This document shows positions 17,225-26,491 of a stretch of 64,000 nucleotides of DNA, piece by piece. The position numbers were made by a program, and so were the translations under genes. The stretch comes from Planctomycetota bacterium (GTDB lineage Bacteria; Planctomycetota; UBA1135; UBA2386), in NCBI GenBank assembly GCA_965223545.1, contig OZ245006.1:800001-864000 (forward strand), read 5' to 3'. The notes beneath the pieces are model-generated. The model ran no database searches, had not been told where the DNA came from, and worked only from the letters and a program-made list of their open reading frames with translations. Within the stretch, counting starts at the first letter, position 1. Each line of letters begins with the position of its first letter.

Positions 17225-19771
17225 TCACTGCGCGCGGACGTCGGCCGCCGACAGCGCGACCTCGACACGCGTGCGAAGCTCGCCCTCGCGCACCGAGAAC
17301 ACCCTGCGCGCATCTTCCGTCAGATCGCGGCGGCGTGCCCCGCGCAGCTCCCACTCGATGACGTACTCGCCCAGCCCCGGCACGCGCAGCTCGAGGTGGC
17401 CGTCCCGGCCGAGCGGGCGGCGCTGGTCCCACAGCCAAGGGTGGCGGCTCGGGTAGTAGGTCGAGCCCGCCCCCCGCAGATACAGATCGTGCCCCGCCTC
17501 CCATGGCTGGGGGTCGGGATCGGAGGCATCGTAACGGCGCACCCGCGGCATGAGCTGCTGGTCCGGCGGCGGGAAGCCTTCGGGCAAATCGACCACCAGC
17601 TCGACGAGGTGCCCCGGCTCCATGCGCACGGTCACGTCGCGCCCCACCCCGGGGACCCTGGCCGTTCGAAACCCCGGCGCGAACACCAGCAAGTCCACCG
17701 GCACTCTGGGAGTCAGGAGCTCGAGCTCGCCGAGGTCGGCCGGCAACGCGGCGCGCGGTTGCCCTGCGAGCCGCTCGGGATCGACGACGACGCTGGCGCG
17801 CTCGACCGGCGCTCCCTCGCGATCGACGACCCGGACCACGATGCGCTGCACTTCGCCACCGATCTCCTGGGCCGGCAGCTGCGTCGTCTCGCCGCCACGC
17901 ACTTCCACGCCGTCCCGGCGCACCAGCATCTCCGCGTTGCCGAGCGCGCGGACGCCGAAGTCGTACCGACCCGGCGCCAGCCCGCGCCACGTCACGACGC
18001 CGCCCTCGAACACGTAGTGGCTGACCAGCGACCGCGTCACGCCGGTCGCCTCGTTGCGGGAGACGAAGAGAACACGGTCGGCGGTCAACCCGCCGGCGAA
18101 CGTGACCGGCATCGCGACGGCGCCGACCCGGGGCACCACGTACTCGACCGCGGGGCTGCCGGCGACGAACGGCAGCAAGCCACCGTGCGTGCCGTTCCAC
18201 TCTGCGCGCAACAGAAGGTCGACAGCACGCAGGTGGCCTCTGACCTCGAAGCGCCCGTCCGCATCGCTCACCCACTCGTGATCATTGACGCCTCCGACCG
18301 GCCATGCATCGTCCTCCGGCTCGCCCTGCCAAACCGCGAGCACGGCACCGGCGACCGGCGCACGCCGGTCGTCGACGACGCGGCCAGCGGCGATCAAAGG
18401 CGGCGGCCGCAGCACGACATCGCCGAGCTCGTTGCGTCCCTCGTGCAGACTCAGGTTGGCGAGATCGAACCAGGCCTGCTGCTCGAGGTCGGGCACGGTG
18501 CGGCGGAACAGCACGCTGCGCGCCGACGGCTGCGCCCACGTCATCTCCGGAATCGGCGTGTGGAACAGACCATCGTCCCCGGTCTCGAAGTACTGGTTGT
18601 AGAAGCCCGCCGACTCCTGCACGTGCGTCGCGAACCAATAGCCCGCCTGCGGCATGCCGCGCGCGTCGACCAGCCGCCCGCTCATCGTCGGCTGCCGCGT
18701 CGCGGTGAGCGACACCTCGACCAGCTCACCCGAGACCCGCGGCCCGTCGAACTCGACCGTCCCGACCACCTCCGCCGAGGACAGCTCGAGCCGACATCGC
18801 AGGCCGAGACCGACGTGCCCGACCTCGAGCCGCGCACCGTCGAACGGCAGCCGGTGCACGCGCTCGCCCGCGTCGACCCGCTCGTGCCACCGAGCGTAGA
18901 CGCGCTCGCTGAGCCCCTCGATCGGCTGCTGCTGCGCGTCGACCAAGGTCACGCGGACGCCGCCCGTGGCCGGCAGCTGCAGGAGATACGGTTCGGGCGA
19001 TGGCGCCGTGAGGTCGACCCGCGCGTAGACCGCGTCGCCGAGCGGGGCGCCGACCATGACGACGCCGTCGTCGCCCCACTCGGGCCGGATGCTGCGCTGC
19101 GCGTGCGCAAAGGTCGCGATGCCATCGGGCGCGACGGTCTCCTGCGTGGCGTGGCCTCGAAACCGAGCGACCTCCGCACCATCGCCGAACGCGACGGGCA
19201 CGCCGATCACCGGCCGGCCGGCCGCGTCGATGACGCGCGCCCGGACCGTCAGGTCGCGCCGCAAGACGAGCTCCTGGACTTGACCCGCCGCGGCGAACGG
19301 CACGAACAACACTCCCCAGCGACCCTGTTGCCGGCCGTACAGCGTCCAGCTCAGCACGTCCTCCACGGCAGTGCGCACCTCTCCGGCGGCGTCGGCGATC
19401 AACACCCCGGCAGTCCGCGCGCGCTCCTCGCGCAATGCGTCGATGACGTAGTCGTCGACGGTCCGCTCGACGTGCACACCGACCTCGGCACCCGGCAGCG
19501 GCCCGCCCTGTTCGTCCACGACGCGGATGACGAGTGCCGGCGGCGCCGCGGCGGCTGGCAGAGGCGCGCGCGCCGGGGCCTCGCTCGGGGGGCCGGCGCG
19601 CGGGTCGTCATCGACCGGCCGGGCGTGCGCCGGTGAGACTTCTGGCGCACGCGCGCTGCTCGGCCCCCGCAAGGGCGCGTCGCTCCCGCGCCGCAACGCC
19701 AACGCGGCGGCGACGGCGGCCACGACGACGAGAGAGATGCCCAGGAGTGCACGCTGGCGGGAGGGGTTCAC
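17225..19771 (-). CDS. Membrane-anchored carboxypeptidase regulatory-like domain repeat protein
   Basis: TM ALLGISLVVVAAVAAALAL and repeats RVVDEQGGPLPGAEV, RVIDAAGRPVIGVPV and GRVVDDRRAPVAGA. The start is estimated. Confidence 0.82.
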   Translation of the reverse strand: MNPSRQRALLGISLVVVAAVAAALALRRGSDAPLRGPSSARAPEVSPAHARPVDDDPRAGPPSEAPARAPLPAAAAPPALVIRVVDEQGGPLPGAEVGVHVERTVDDYVIDALREERARTAGVLIADAAGEVRTAVEDVLSWTLYGRQQGRWGVLFVPFAAAGQVQELVLRRDLTVRARVIDAAGRPVIGVPVAFGDGAEVARFRGHATQETVAPDGIATFAHAQRSIRPEWGDDGVVMVGAPLGDAVYARVDLTAPSPEPYLLQLPATGGVRVTLVDAQQQPIEGLSERVYARWHERVDAGERVHRLPFDGARLEVGHVGLGLRCRLELSSAEVVGTVEFDGPRVSGELVEVSLTATRQPTMSGRLVDARGMPQAGYWFATHVQESAGFYNQYFETGDDGLFHTPIPEMTWAQPSARSVLFRRTVPDLEQQAWFDLANLSLHEGRNELGDVVLRPPPLIAAGRVVDDRRAPVAGAVLAVWQGEPEDDAWPVGGVNDHEWVSDADGRFEVRGHLRAVDLLLRAEWNGTHGGLLPFVAGSPAVEYVVPRVGAVAMPVTFAGGLTADRVLFVSRNEATGVTRSLVSHYVFEGGVVTWRGLAPGRYDFGVRALGNAEMLVRRDGVEVRGGETTQLPAQEIGGEVQRIVVRVVDREGAPVERASVVVDPERLAGQPRAALPADLGELELLTPRVPVDLLVFAPGFRTARVPGVGRDVTVRMEPGHLVELVVDLPEGFPPPDQQLMPRVRRYDASDPDPQPWEAGHDLYLRGAGSTYYPSRHPWLWDQRRPLGRDGHLELRVPGLGEYVIEWELRGARRRDLTEDARRVFSVREGELRTRVEVALSAADVRAQ

Positions 19772-19929
19772 CGGATCGGGGACAGCATCAGTGGAGCCAA
19801 GGGGCGTGATCACCGACTCGCGGGGCCGAGCGGAGCGCGCAGCGGGATCGCCGTAACGCTTCTCGGCGCGCGCACGACCCCACTGGTAGAGAGCCACGCC
19901 TCTGCGCCAACGTCATTCGACTTCTTGCC

Positions 19930-21807
19930 ATGAACGACATTTTTCGCCTCACGCTTCTGTCCGCACTCGGCCTCGCCACCACTCTATCCGCGCAGGTCTA
20001 CCGCGGTGACGGAGTCAGCTCGACGTGCAGCCTGACCGACGCCGCGATGCCGTCCTCGGCCTGTCCCCGCTTCCTGTCTCCCGTACACGCCACCGTACTG
20101 CCCGACGGGAATCTGCTGCTGATCGGCTTGCGCCGCAAGGCCGAGGAGGAATGCGTCAGCAGCTCGCTCTGCGGGCACTGGTCGTGCGGCGGCTGGCAGG
20201 GAGTGCTGAGCCCCGACTTGTCGGCCCTCAACCCGCCCCACCACATACAGCTGAACGTCGACGCGCCGCCGCTGGACTACCCGCCGACGTGGTTGCCGTG
20301 CGACACCAATCCGCCGCCGACCTGCCATACGCCCGATCTCTGGGTGACAGACAGCCTGTTCTGCGGCGGCCACACGCTGCTGGCCGACGGGCGGGTCTAC
20401 GTCACCGGTGGCACGCGCACGGTCGTCGAGAGCGATCCGACCAAGAACTCCTACATCGGGCTGCCCTACGCCATGACGTACGACGCGAGCGCCGGCTGGA
20501 GCAACCCACTCGCACTGGTCGGAATCGGCGGCTGGGACACCGCGTTCTGCCCGCTGACGTGTGGTCCGTCGATCCGCTACATCGAAGGGCCGGAGCGCTG
20601 GTACCCCACCGCGACGCGCATGGCCGATGGCCGGGTCTTGGTGACCGGCGTCACCCAGGTCGTCTGGCACCGGGGCACGCGCTACCTCGGCGCCCCTCCG
20701 GGCCCCTGCGGGTCGTCGCGCAACTTGAGTCTCGAGCTGTACGACCCGGCGACCCCCGCAACGCCCCACACGCTGGTCTCGGCGCACAGCACGACCCCCG
20801 CCGACATCTTCGCGAAGGAGTACGTCCACGTCTTCCGGCTGCCGTATCCGGTGAGTCGCGGCGGGCGCGTGTACGAGCTGTTGATGTTCGGCGACGCCGG
20901 CGAACCGATCTTCCTGGACGACACGGGAGCCTATCCGGTCAGCGCGAGCGAGTGGTTGGACACTGACGATCAGCGCCCGCCGACACCCGCCGACGCCCCC
21001 AATCACGGTGCGTCGTCGGTGATGCTCCCGCTGTTTGCCCCGCATCCGCCGACCTACCAGCCCGGTTCGGTGCTGATCGCTGGGGGCGAGGACGGAACAA
21101 CACAGCACGGCCTGATCTCGGTGTACGACCCCACGCTCACGACCGGCGCGTGGATCGTGAGCTCGCCGCTCTCCAACGGTGGACTCCACCACCCCTCGAC
21201 CGTGGTTCTGCCAACCGGCGAAGTCCTGATCATCGGCGGCCACGATCAGACGTACTCCAACGGCCTGTACGCCGAGTTCGTCGACCCGCGCAACAACTTC
21301 GCGCAGTCGGTCGGGACCAGCATGCTGCCGACGATCCGCGGCTACCACACCGCGACCGTACTGCTTCCCGACGGACGCGTGTTCATTGGCGGCGGCAACG
21401 GCAACAAGCCCGGCGTCTGCCGCAGCTACGAGAAGGCCAACTTCAACTACTACTTTCCGCCGTACTGGTCCGACTCGACTCCTCTGCACATCGTGAGCGC
21501 GACGCCGACCGTGCACCACGGCGGCGACCTGATGGTCACGGTGACGACGACGAGACCGGCACCGCAGCTCGAGTTCGCCCTCGTCTCGCCGGGCTCGATG
21601 ACCCATTCGTTCGACATGAACCAGCGCTACATCCAGCTGCAGCCTCAGGCGGTGACCGGCTCGGGGGGGAGTTTCGCCGTACAGCTCGAGGCACCGGCAA
21701 ACGGCGACATCGCGCCCCCCGGTCACTACATGCTCTTCGCGATCGATCAGTCCGTCGTGCCGGAGCCCGACGTCTGCGCGCTCGCGGCGATCGTCCGGAT
21801 CCAGTGA
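19930..21807 (+). CDS. Secreted galactose/glyoxal oxidase-like copper radical oxidase (kelch + DUF1929, CAZy AA5-like)
   Basis: LFCGGH (Cys), RWYPT (Tyr), RGYHT (Tyr-His), SMTHSFDMNQR (His) and APPGHYMLF. Signal peptide ends LSA-Q. Confidence 0.9.
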   Translation: MNDIFRLTLLSALGLATTLSAQVYRGDGVSSTCSLTDAAMPSSACPRFLSPVHATVLPDGNLLLIGLRRKAEEECVSSSLCGHWSCGGWQGVLSPDLSALNPPHHIQLNVDAPPLDYPPTWLPCDTNPPPTCHTPDLWVTDSLFCGGHTLLADGRVYVTGGTRTVVESDPTKNSYIGLPYAMTYDASAGWSNPLALVGIGGWDTAFCPLTCGPSIRYIEGPERWYPTATRMADGRVLVTGVTQVVWHRGTRYLGAPPGPCGSSRNLSLELYDPATPATPHTLVSAHSTTPADIFAKEYVHVFRLPYPVSRGGRVYELLMFGDAGEPIFLDDTGAYPVSASEWLDTDDQRPPTPADAPNHGASSVMLPLFAPHPPTYQPGSVLIAGGEDGTTQHGLISVYDPTLTTGAWIVSSPLSNGGLHHPSTVVLPTGEVLIIGGHDQTYSNGLYAEFVDPRNNFAQSVGTSMLPTIRGYHTATVLLPDGRVFIGGGNGNKPGVCRSYEKANFNYYFPPYWSDSTPLHIVSATPTVHHGGDLMVTVTTTRPAPQLEFALVSPGSMTHSFDMNQRYIQLQPQAVTGSGGSFAVQLEAPANGDIAPPGHYMLFAIDQSVVPEPDVCALAAIVRIQ

Positions 21808-21859
21808 GTCGCAGCTGGAACGCCACGGGGCGGGCGGCGGCTCCGACCCGCGCCACCCC

Positions 21860-24070
21860 CTACGGTGACTCGTACGTGATCGCGAGCGCCGGCCGCATCC
21901 AGGACTCCGACGCCTCGCGCGTGTAGAAGGCGCGGTCGGTGAAGGTCGAGAACTCGTCGCCGCGGACGAGCCAACCGAAGTTGGTCATCGGGTCGTCGAG
22001 CCAACCCTGCACGTCGGCAACCAGCTGCGACGTCGAGGTCCACACCGGCAGCGTGCCGGGTTGGTGAACGCTCGCCACCGCCGACGCCATCGAAACGAAG
22101 TCGCCACCGGGGGCGGCCCACGGCTGCTCGGGCCAGAAGGCCTGCGCCCAGGTCGCGTCCCCCCGGGCCGGCGACACCCCGGTACTCTGCGAGCCGGAGG
22201 CGACCGAGCCGGCTTCCCCCCAATCGCGGAGCACGCGGTGCAGCCCGGTAAGGCGCGACCCGAAGCCGGCCTGCGCCACGGTCAACCGCAACTGGACGTG
22301 GACGATCGTCGACCCGGCCGGCACCGCGCCGGCCACGTCGAATGCCATCAGTGCACGCCTGCGCCGCCCGATCACATCCGAACCCGAAAAGCACAGAGTG
22401 CCGGCGCCGTTGCTGCGCGGCCCCGTGGGCTCTTGGTAGAGCGTGTTGTCCTTGACCGGCTCGAGCTGGACGGTGACCTGCGACCCGCCCACTCCGCTAC
22501 CGGGAGTGACCCCGCGCAGGCCGTTGCTCGCCGCCACTCCACGGATCGCGGCCGCGTCGGGATACCAGTGCTGGAACCAGAATCCGGTTCCCGCGCCGAC
22601 TCCGCACGGCCACGTGAACGTCAAGTCGACGTGCCCGCCGAACCCGATCGGCAAGCCCGGCACGACGAGGTCGGGAGAGGGCACCAACGTTCCACCGAGC
22701 AACGGCAGCTGCACGGAGCTGGAGCCCATCACCAACGTGCTCAACGCGCCTTGCCGGGCGTTCCGCAGTGAGAGCACGACATCGTTGCCGCAGGTCATCG
22801 TGCCGAGACCGCGCAGCGTCGCATTGCCGTTCACGCCGGGGATCCCGCCACCGACGTCCGTCCAGGGGCCGGGCGTGCGGAACGCGCGCACGCTGTCGGC
22901 GTCGGCGACGACCAGCGTGCCATCCGCGGCGAGCGCCGGACCACCGATGTTTCCCGACCTCATCGGATGCGTCCACCGCAGCGTCAGATCGGGTTCGAAC
23001 GAGTAGAGCTGCGCCGTCGGGAACGCGGCGTCGTTGACGAACACTCTCCCGTCCGCGTCGACGGCAAAGCGCGTCTGGCTGTAGCCGAGCGGTTGGAGGT
23101 GGATCGCGCGCATGGCGCCGGTGTCCCCGTCCAACGCAGTGAGCAAGTCGCCATCCTGCAGCATGTACACCCAGCCGTTGGGACCGACGGCGAACTCGGC
23201 GAACGGCGCGTATGCGCACGGGTGCTGCCACTTGTTGAGGAATCGGCTGCCGGTGTCAGCGAAGGCATAGAGGACGCTGAACTCCGAGGGAACCCAACCG
23301 CGATGGAAGTACACGGTCCCGTCAGGACCGACCATCAGCGTGTTCTGCGCCGAGCCCCCGAGCATCGGCGGCGACTGGTACTGGAACGCGCCGGTCGCCA
23401 GGTCGTGGCGCCGGATCACGTTTGAGGCACCGACGTAGACGGCGTTGCCGAATACCGCCGCACCGCAGGATCCGCTGGAACACCCGAATCGCGACGCCGA
23501 CCACCTCGTGGTGCCGTCCTCCCAACGGACGCGCCGCAGCGCCGCGCTGCCGCTGACGATCAGGTCGCCGTCCGGCGCGAACACGACGCCGTCGTACGCG
23601 TTGGCGTTGATCTGCTCTTGAGACGTCCAGCGGACCGCGCCGGTCGACTGATCGAGCGCGTAGATCGCCGCGAAGCCGGCGCTGCCGTTGCCGGACCGCG
23701 ATGCGTAGACCAAGCCGTTGCTCGTGCCGAGCAGCCAAGTGGTCCACTCGCCGGGGTTGAACGGGAGGTCGACGCGCCACAACTGCGCGCCGGTCTGCAG
23801 GTCGTAGCAGAAGATCGGCGAGTCGTTCGGCTCGGTGCACGGCAGAAAGCAGTCCTGCCGCACGATGAAGACCCGTTGGCCGTCGATGAACGGCGTCCAA
23901 CCGATGCGCGAAATTTCCGGGACCGCCCAGGCTTTACGTGCCGACAACGGGCCGTAGGCAGCGGACTGCGCGTTGCGCTGAGGGTTGCCACTCGTGCTCG
24001 GCCAGCCCTGCGGGTTGCAGGGTGCGGCCAGGACCAGAGCGGCGAGCAGGAGAGTGCGGTGGTGCAGCAT
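21860..24070 (-). CDS. Secreted PQQ-type beta-propeller protein with an internal conserved ~125-aa domain and a C-terminal DNRLRE domain
   Basis: W..GNPQRN start and YDLQTGAQLW / YALDQSTGAVRW repeats. The C-terminal domain reads LEPVKDNTLY...RALMAFDV...VQGWLDDPMTNFGWLV...F.TRE..RPALAITY. Confidence 0.85.
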   Translation of the reverse strand: MLHHRTLLLAALVLAAPCNPQGWPSTSGNPQRNAQSAAYGPLSARKAWAVPEISRIGWTPFIDGQRVFIVRQDCFLPCTEPNDSPIFCYDLQTGAQLWRVDLPFNPGEWTTWLLGTSNGLVYASRSGNGSAGFAAIYALDQSTGAVRWTSQEQINANAYDGVVFAPDGDLIVSGSAALRRVRWEDGTTRWSASRFGCSSGSCGAAVFGNAVYVGASNVIRRHDLATGAFQYQSPPMLGGSAQNTLMVGPDGTVYFHRGWVPSEFSVLYAFADTGSRFLNKWQHPCAYAPFAEFAVGPNGWVYMLQDGDLLTALDGDTGAMRAIHLQPLGYSQTRFAVDADGRVFVNDAAFPTAQLYSFEPDLTLRWTHPMRSGNIGGPALAADGTLVVADADSVRAFRTPGPWTDVGGGIPGVNGNATLRGLGTMTCGNDVVLSLRNARQGALSTLVMGSSSVQLPLLGGTLVPSPDLVVPGLPIGFGGHVDLTFTWPCGVGAGTGFWFQHWYPDAAAIRGVAASNGLRGVTPGSGVGGSQVTVQLEPVKDNTLYQEPTGPRSNGAGTLCFSGSDVIGRRRRALMAFDVAGAVPAGSTIVHVQLRLTVAQAGFGSRLTGLHRVLRDWGEAGSVASGSQSTGVSPARGDATWAQAFWPEQPWAAPGGDFVSMASAVASVHQPGTLPVWTSTSQLVADVQGWLDDPMTNFGWLVRGDEFSTFTDRAFYTREASESWMRPALAITYESP

Positions 24071-24292
24071 GGGACCGTCTCCGAGCCAGTCGGCGAGCGA
24101 AGCAACGCGATCCCCGCAGTTGGGCTGCTCGAGCGCGGCCACCGCGGGCTCGCTTCCGTCATGATAGCGACCTGCGCCGGGCCGGGCCGGGCCGGTGCCC
24201 CTGTCCGCTTGCCGGCCGCTGCCACGCTCGGACGGCGCGTGATCGACGCCCGGGTTGCCGCCAGAAACGCACCACTCCGAGTCGATCGTGAG

Positions 24293-24458
24293 CTAGTGGT
24301 GTGAATCAGACAGGTGGGGCATTATCCGAGAGGCAGCCGTGGTCGTCGCAAGGCGCTGCGCCGCAGGCATATCGGTGGATACGTCGAGGACGCAGCAACG
24401 CCGCGACGGCCGCGGATGGCCTCGGAGAATGCTGCAGATTTCTGATTCACACCACTAG
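24293..24458. mobile_element. MITE copy A (166 bp), perfect 18-bp terminal inverted repeats including CTAG ends
   Basis: CTAGTGGTGTGAATCAGA (24293-24310) and TCTGATTCACACCACTAG (24441-24458). Intergenic, with no transposase ORF. A homologous copy is at 62565-62682. Confidence 0.85.
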
Positions 24459-24506
24459 AGTCCCCGCTTCACCGCCAGTGCTGGTCGCACTCGCCGCGAC
24501 GATCGA

Positions 24507-26459
24507 ATGCAGAGCTTCATCACCTTCTCGAGCCTGGTGGTCGCCGGCTCCCTGGCCCTGTTGGCCCTCGTGCCCAAGTTGAGTGGCGGCAGTGGGTTCG
24601 GCGTGCAGCACCTCGCGATACTGGCGCTCGGCGCTGCCGTGGCCTACCGCGGAATCTCCGCCAGCCCCGCGTTGTCCAGTCGGCTGCCCCGCGATCCCTC
24701 CGGTCCGCGTTTGCACGCGCTGCAGACCGTCGGGTTGTGTGCGTGGTTCGGTCTCGTGTTCGGCGTCCTCGAGTGGATCCATCTCGAAGTGCGGCACCAC
24801 GGGTTCGGCATCGTCCCCCAGCAACCCGCGGACGTGGTGTGGATGCTGCCGCTGTCGTACACCGTCGTCTTCGGTGGGCTCGGCCTGGGGCTCGCGGCGG
24901 CGCAGAGGTGGGGGTTCGCGCCCGCCTCGGCGGTGACCGTCACGGCGGCGTGCGTCGTGCTCGGCTCGTGGGCACAGCTGCTGTACTACCCGCTACTCGA
25001 TCCGCGCATCAGCCTGCTGCTGGCCGTTGGCATCGGTTGGCGCTGGGCGAGCTCGACCGCCGGTCGGCCATCGCTGTCGCTCCCACGGCGCAGTTGGATC
25101 ATCCTCGTCATCGGCGTCGCGGCGGCGGGCATCGGCATGCCGCTGGTGCGGCAAGCCGCCGAGCGGAGCTCGGTCGCGGCGCTGCCGGCACCGCCCCAAG
25201 GAGCCCCCAACGTGCTGTTGATCGTGCTCGATACCGTGCGCGCCGACCACTGCTCGCTGTACGGCTACTCGCGGCCCACGACGCCGACGATCGACGCCTT
25301 GGCCGACAGGGGCGTGGTGTTCGACTGGGCGATCGCCGCCGCACCGTGGACGCTGCCGTCGCACTCGTCGATGTTCACCGGCCGCTACTGCAACCAGCTG
25401 ACGGCGACTTGGCTGATTCCGCTCGACTCGCAGCATCCTACGCTGGCCGAGACCCTCGCCGGTCGGGGCTACGCGACCGGAGGCTTCGTCGGCAACATCG
25501 CCTACTGCGACCGCGACTGGGGAGTGGCACGGGGGTTCTCGCACTACGAGGACTACTACGTCCGCCCCGAAGTGATCGCCTTTTCGTCGAGCCTGGGCCA
25601 GAGCGTGCTCGGCGGAAGCCCGCGGCATCGCTTCCCCTTCGTGATACGCAACAACGCGGCGACCGTGACCCGCCGCGCACTGCGTTGGCTCGACGAGGTC
25701 GGGGACCGGCCGTTCTTCGCGTTCCTCAACTACTACGACGCGCACTACATCTACGACCCCGAGCCGCCGTACGATGCGATGTTTGCGGACGGGGACACGA
25801 CTCCGATCCTGCGGCCGCGCGGCCGCGTCACCACTGACGAAGAGATGCGCCGCTTCGTCGACGCGTACGACGGCTGCTTGGCCTACATCGACCAGCACAT
25901 CAGCGTCCTGATGGAGGGGTTGCGCAGCCGCGACCTGCTGCAGAACACGCTGATCGTCATCACTTCGGATCACGGCGAGCACTTTGGCGAGCATGGCTTG
26001 ATCGGGCACTCCAACGGAGTGCACCGGCCTCTCCTGCGCGTGCCACTCGTCATCGTGCCGCCGGGTGGGCTGGATCGCGGACAGCGCATTGCACAACCGG
26101 TGTCGCTGCGCGATCTCGCCGCGACGATTCTCGCACAAGTCGACGCTCCCGCGGCACTGCCGGGACACACCCTGCTGCCGGCGCCGGGCTCTGCCGACGA
26201 GACCCTCGCCGCATCTTCGGCCGCATTCTCGTCGGTGCGCGAGCGCCCGAACGCGCCCGGTACCGCGGGGGGGGCGTTCTCGCTGTTCGCGCGCGGTTTC
26301 CAGCTGATTCTCAGCGGCCCGGAGGACCGGCGGAGACTGCGCTTGTACGACACCTCGGAAGATGTCGCCGAGGAGCGCAACCTCGCCGGCACGGAAGAGG
26401 GCAAGGCCACGGCAGCGGAGCTGCTGCCGCAGCTCGAGAGCCACCTTCAGCGGCAGTAG
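24507..26459 (+). CDS. Multi-TM sulfatase-like hydrolase/transferase (alkaline phosphatase superfamily)
   Basis: About 7 N-terminal TM segments, then PNVLLIVLDTVRADH, WTLPSHSSMFTG, FLNYYDAH, ITSDHGE and RVPLVI. Confidence 0.88.
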   Translation: MQSFITFSSLVVAGSLALLALVPKLSGGSGFGVQHLAILALGAAVAYRGISASPALSSRLPRDPSGPRLHALQTVGLCAWFGLVFGVLEWIHLEVRHHGFGIVPQQPADVVWMLPLSYTVVFGGLGLGLAAAQRWGFAPASAVTVTAACVVLGSWAQLLYYPLLDPRISLLLAVGIGWRWASSTAGRPSLSLPRRSWIILVIGVAAAGIGMPLVRQAAERSSVAALPAPPQGAPNVLLIVLDTVRADHCSLYGYSRPTTPTIDALADRGVVFDWAIAAAPWTLPSHSSMFTGRYCNQLTATWLIPLDSQHPTLAETLAGRGYATGGFVGNIAYCDRDWGVARGFSHYEDYYVRPEVIAFSSSLGQSVLGGSPRHRFPFVIRNNAATVTRRALRWLDEVGDRPFFAFLNYYDAHYIYDPEPPYDAMFADGDTTPILRPRGRVTTDEEMRRFVDAYDGCLAYIDQHISVLMEGLRSRDLLQNTLIVITSDHGEHFGEHGLIGHSNGVHRPLLRVPLVIVPPGGLDRGQRIAQPVSLRDLAATILAQVDAPAALPGHTLLPAPGSADETLAASSAAFSSVRERPNAPGTAGGAFSLFARGFQLILSGPEDRRRLRLYDTSEDVAEERNLAGTEEGKATAAELLPQLESHLQRQ

Positions 26460-26491
26460 CGAAGCGAGAAAATCGAGCCTGACACCGTACG

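Noticed and set aside
8808..19636. Very long antisense or alternate-frame ORFs (e.g. 8808-10694, 12892-14934, 14599-16500, 17396-19636)
   Set aside because: Typical stop-poor shadows of real genes in high-GC DNA, with no recognisable motifs.
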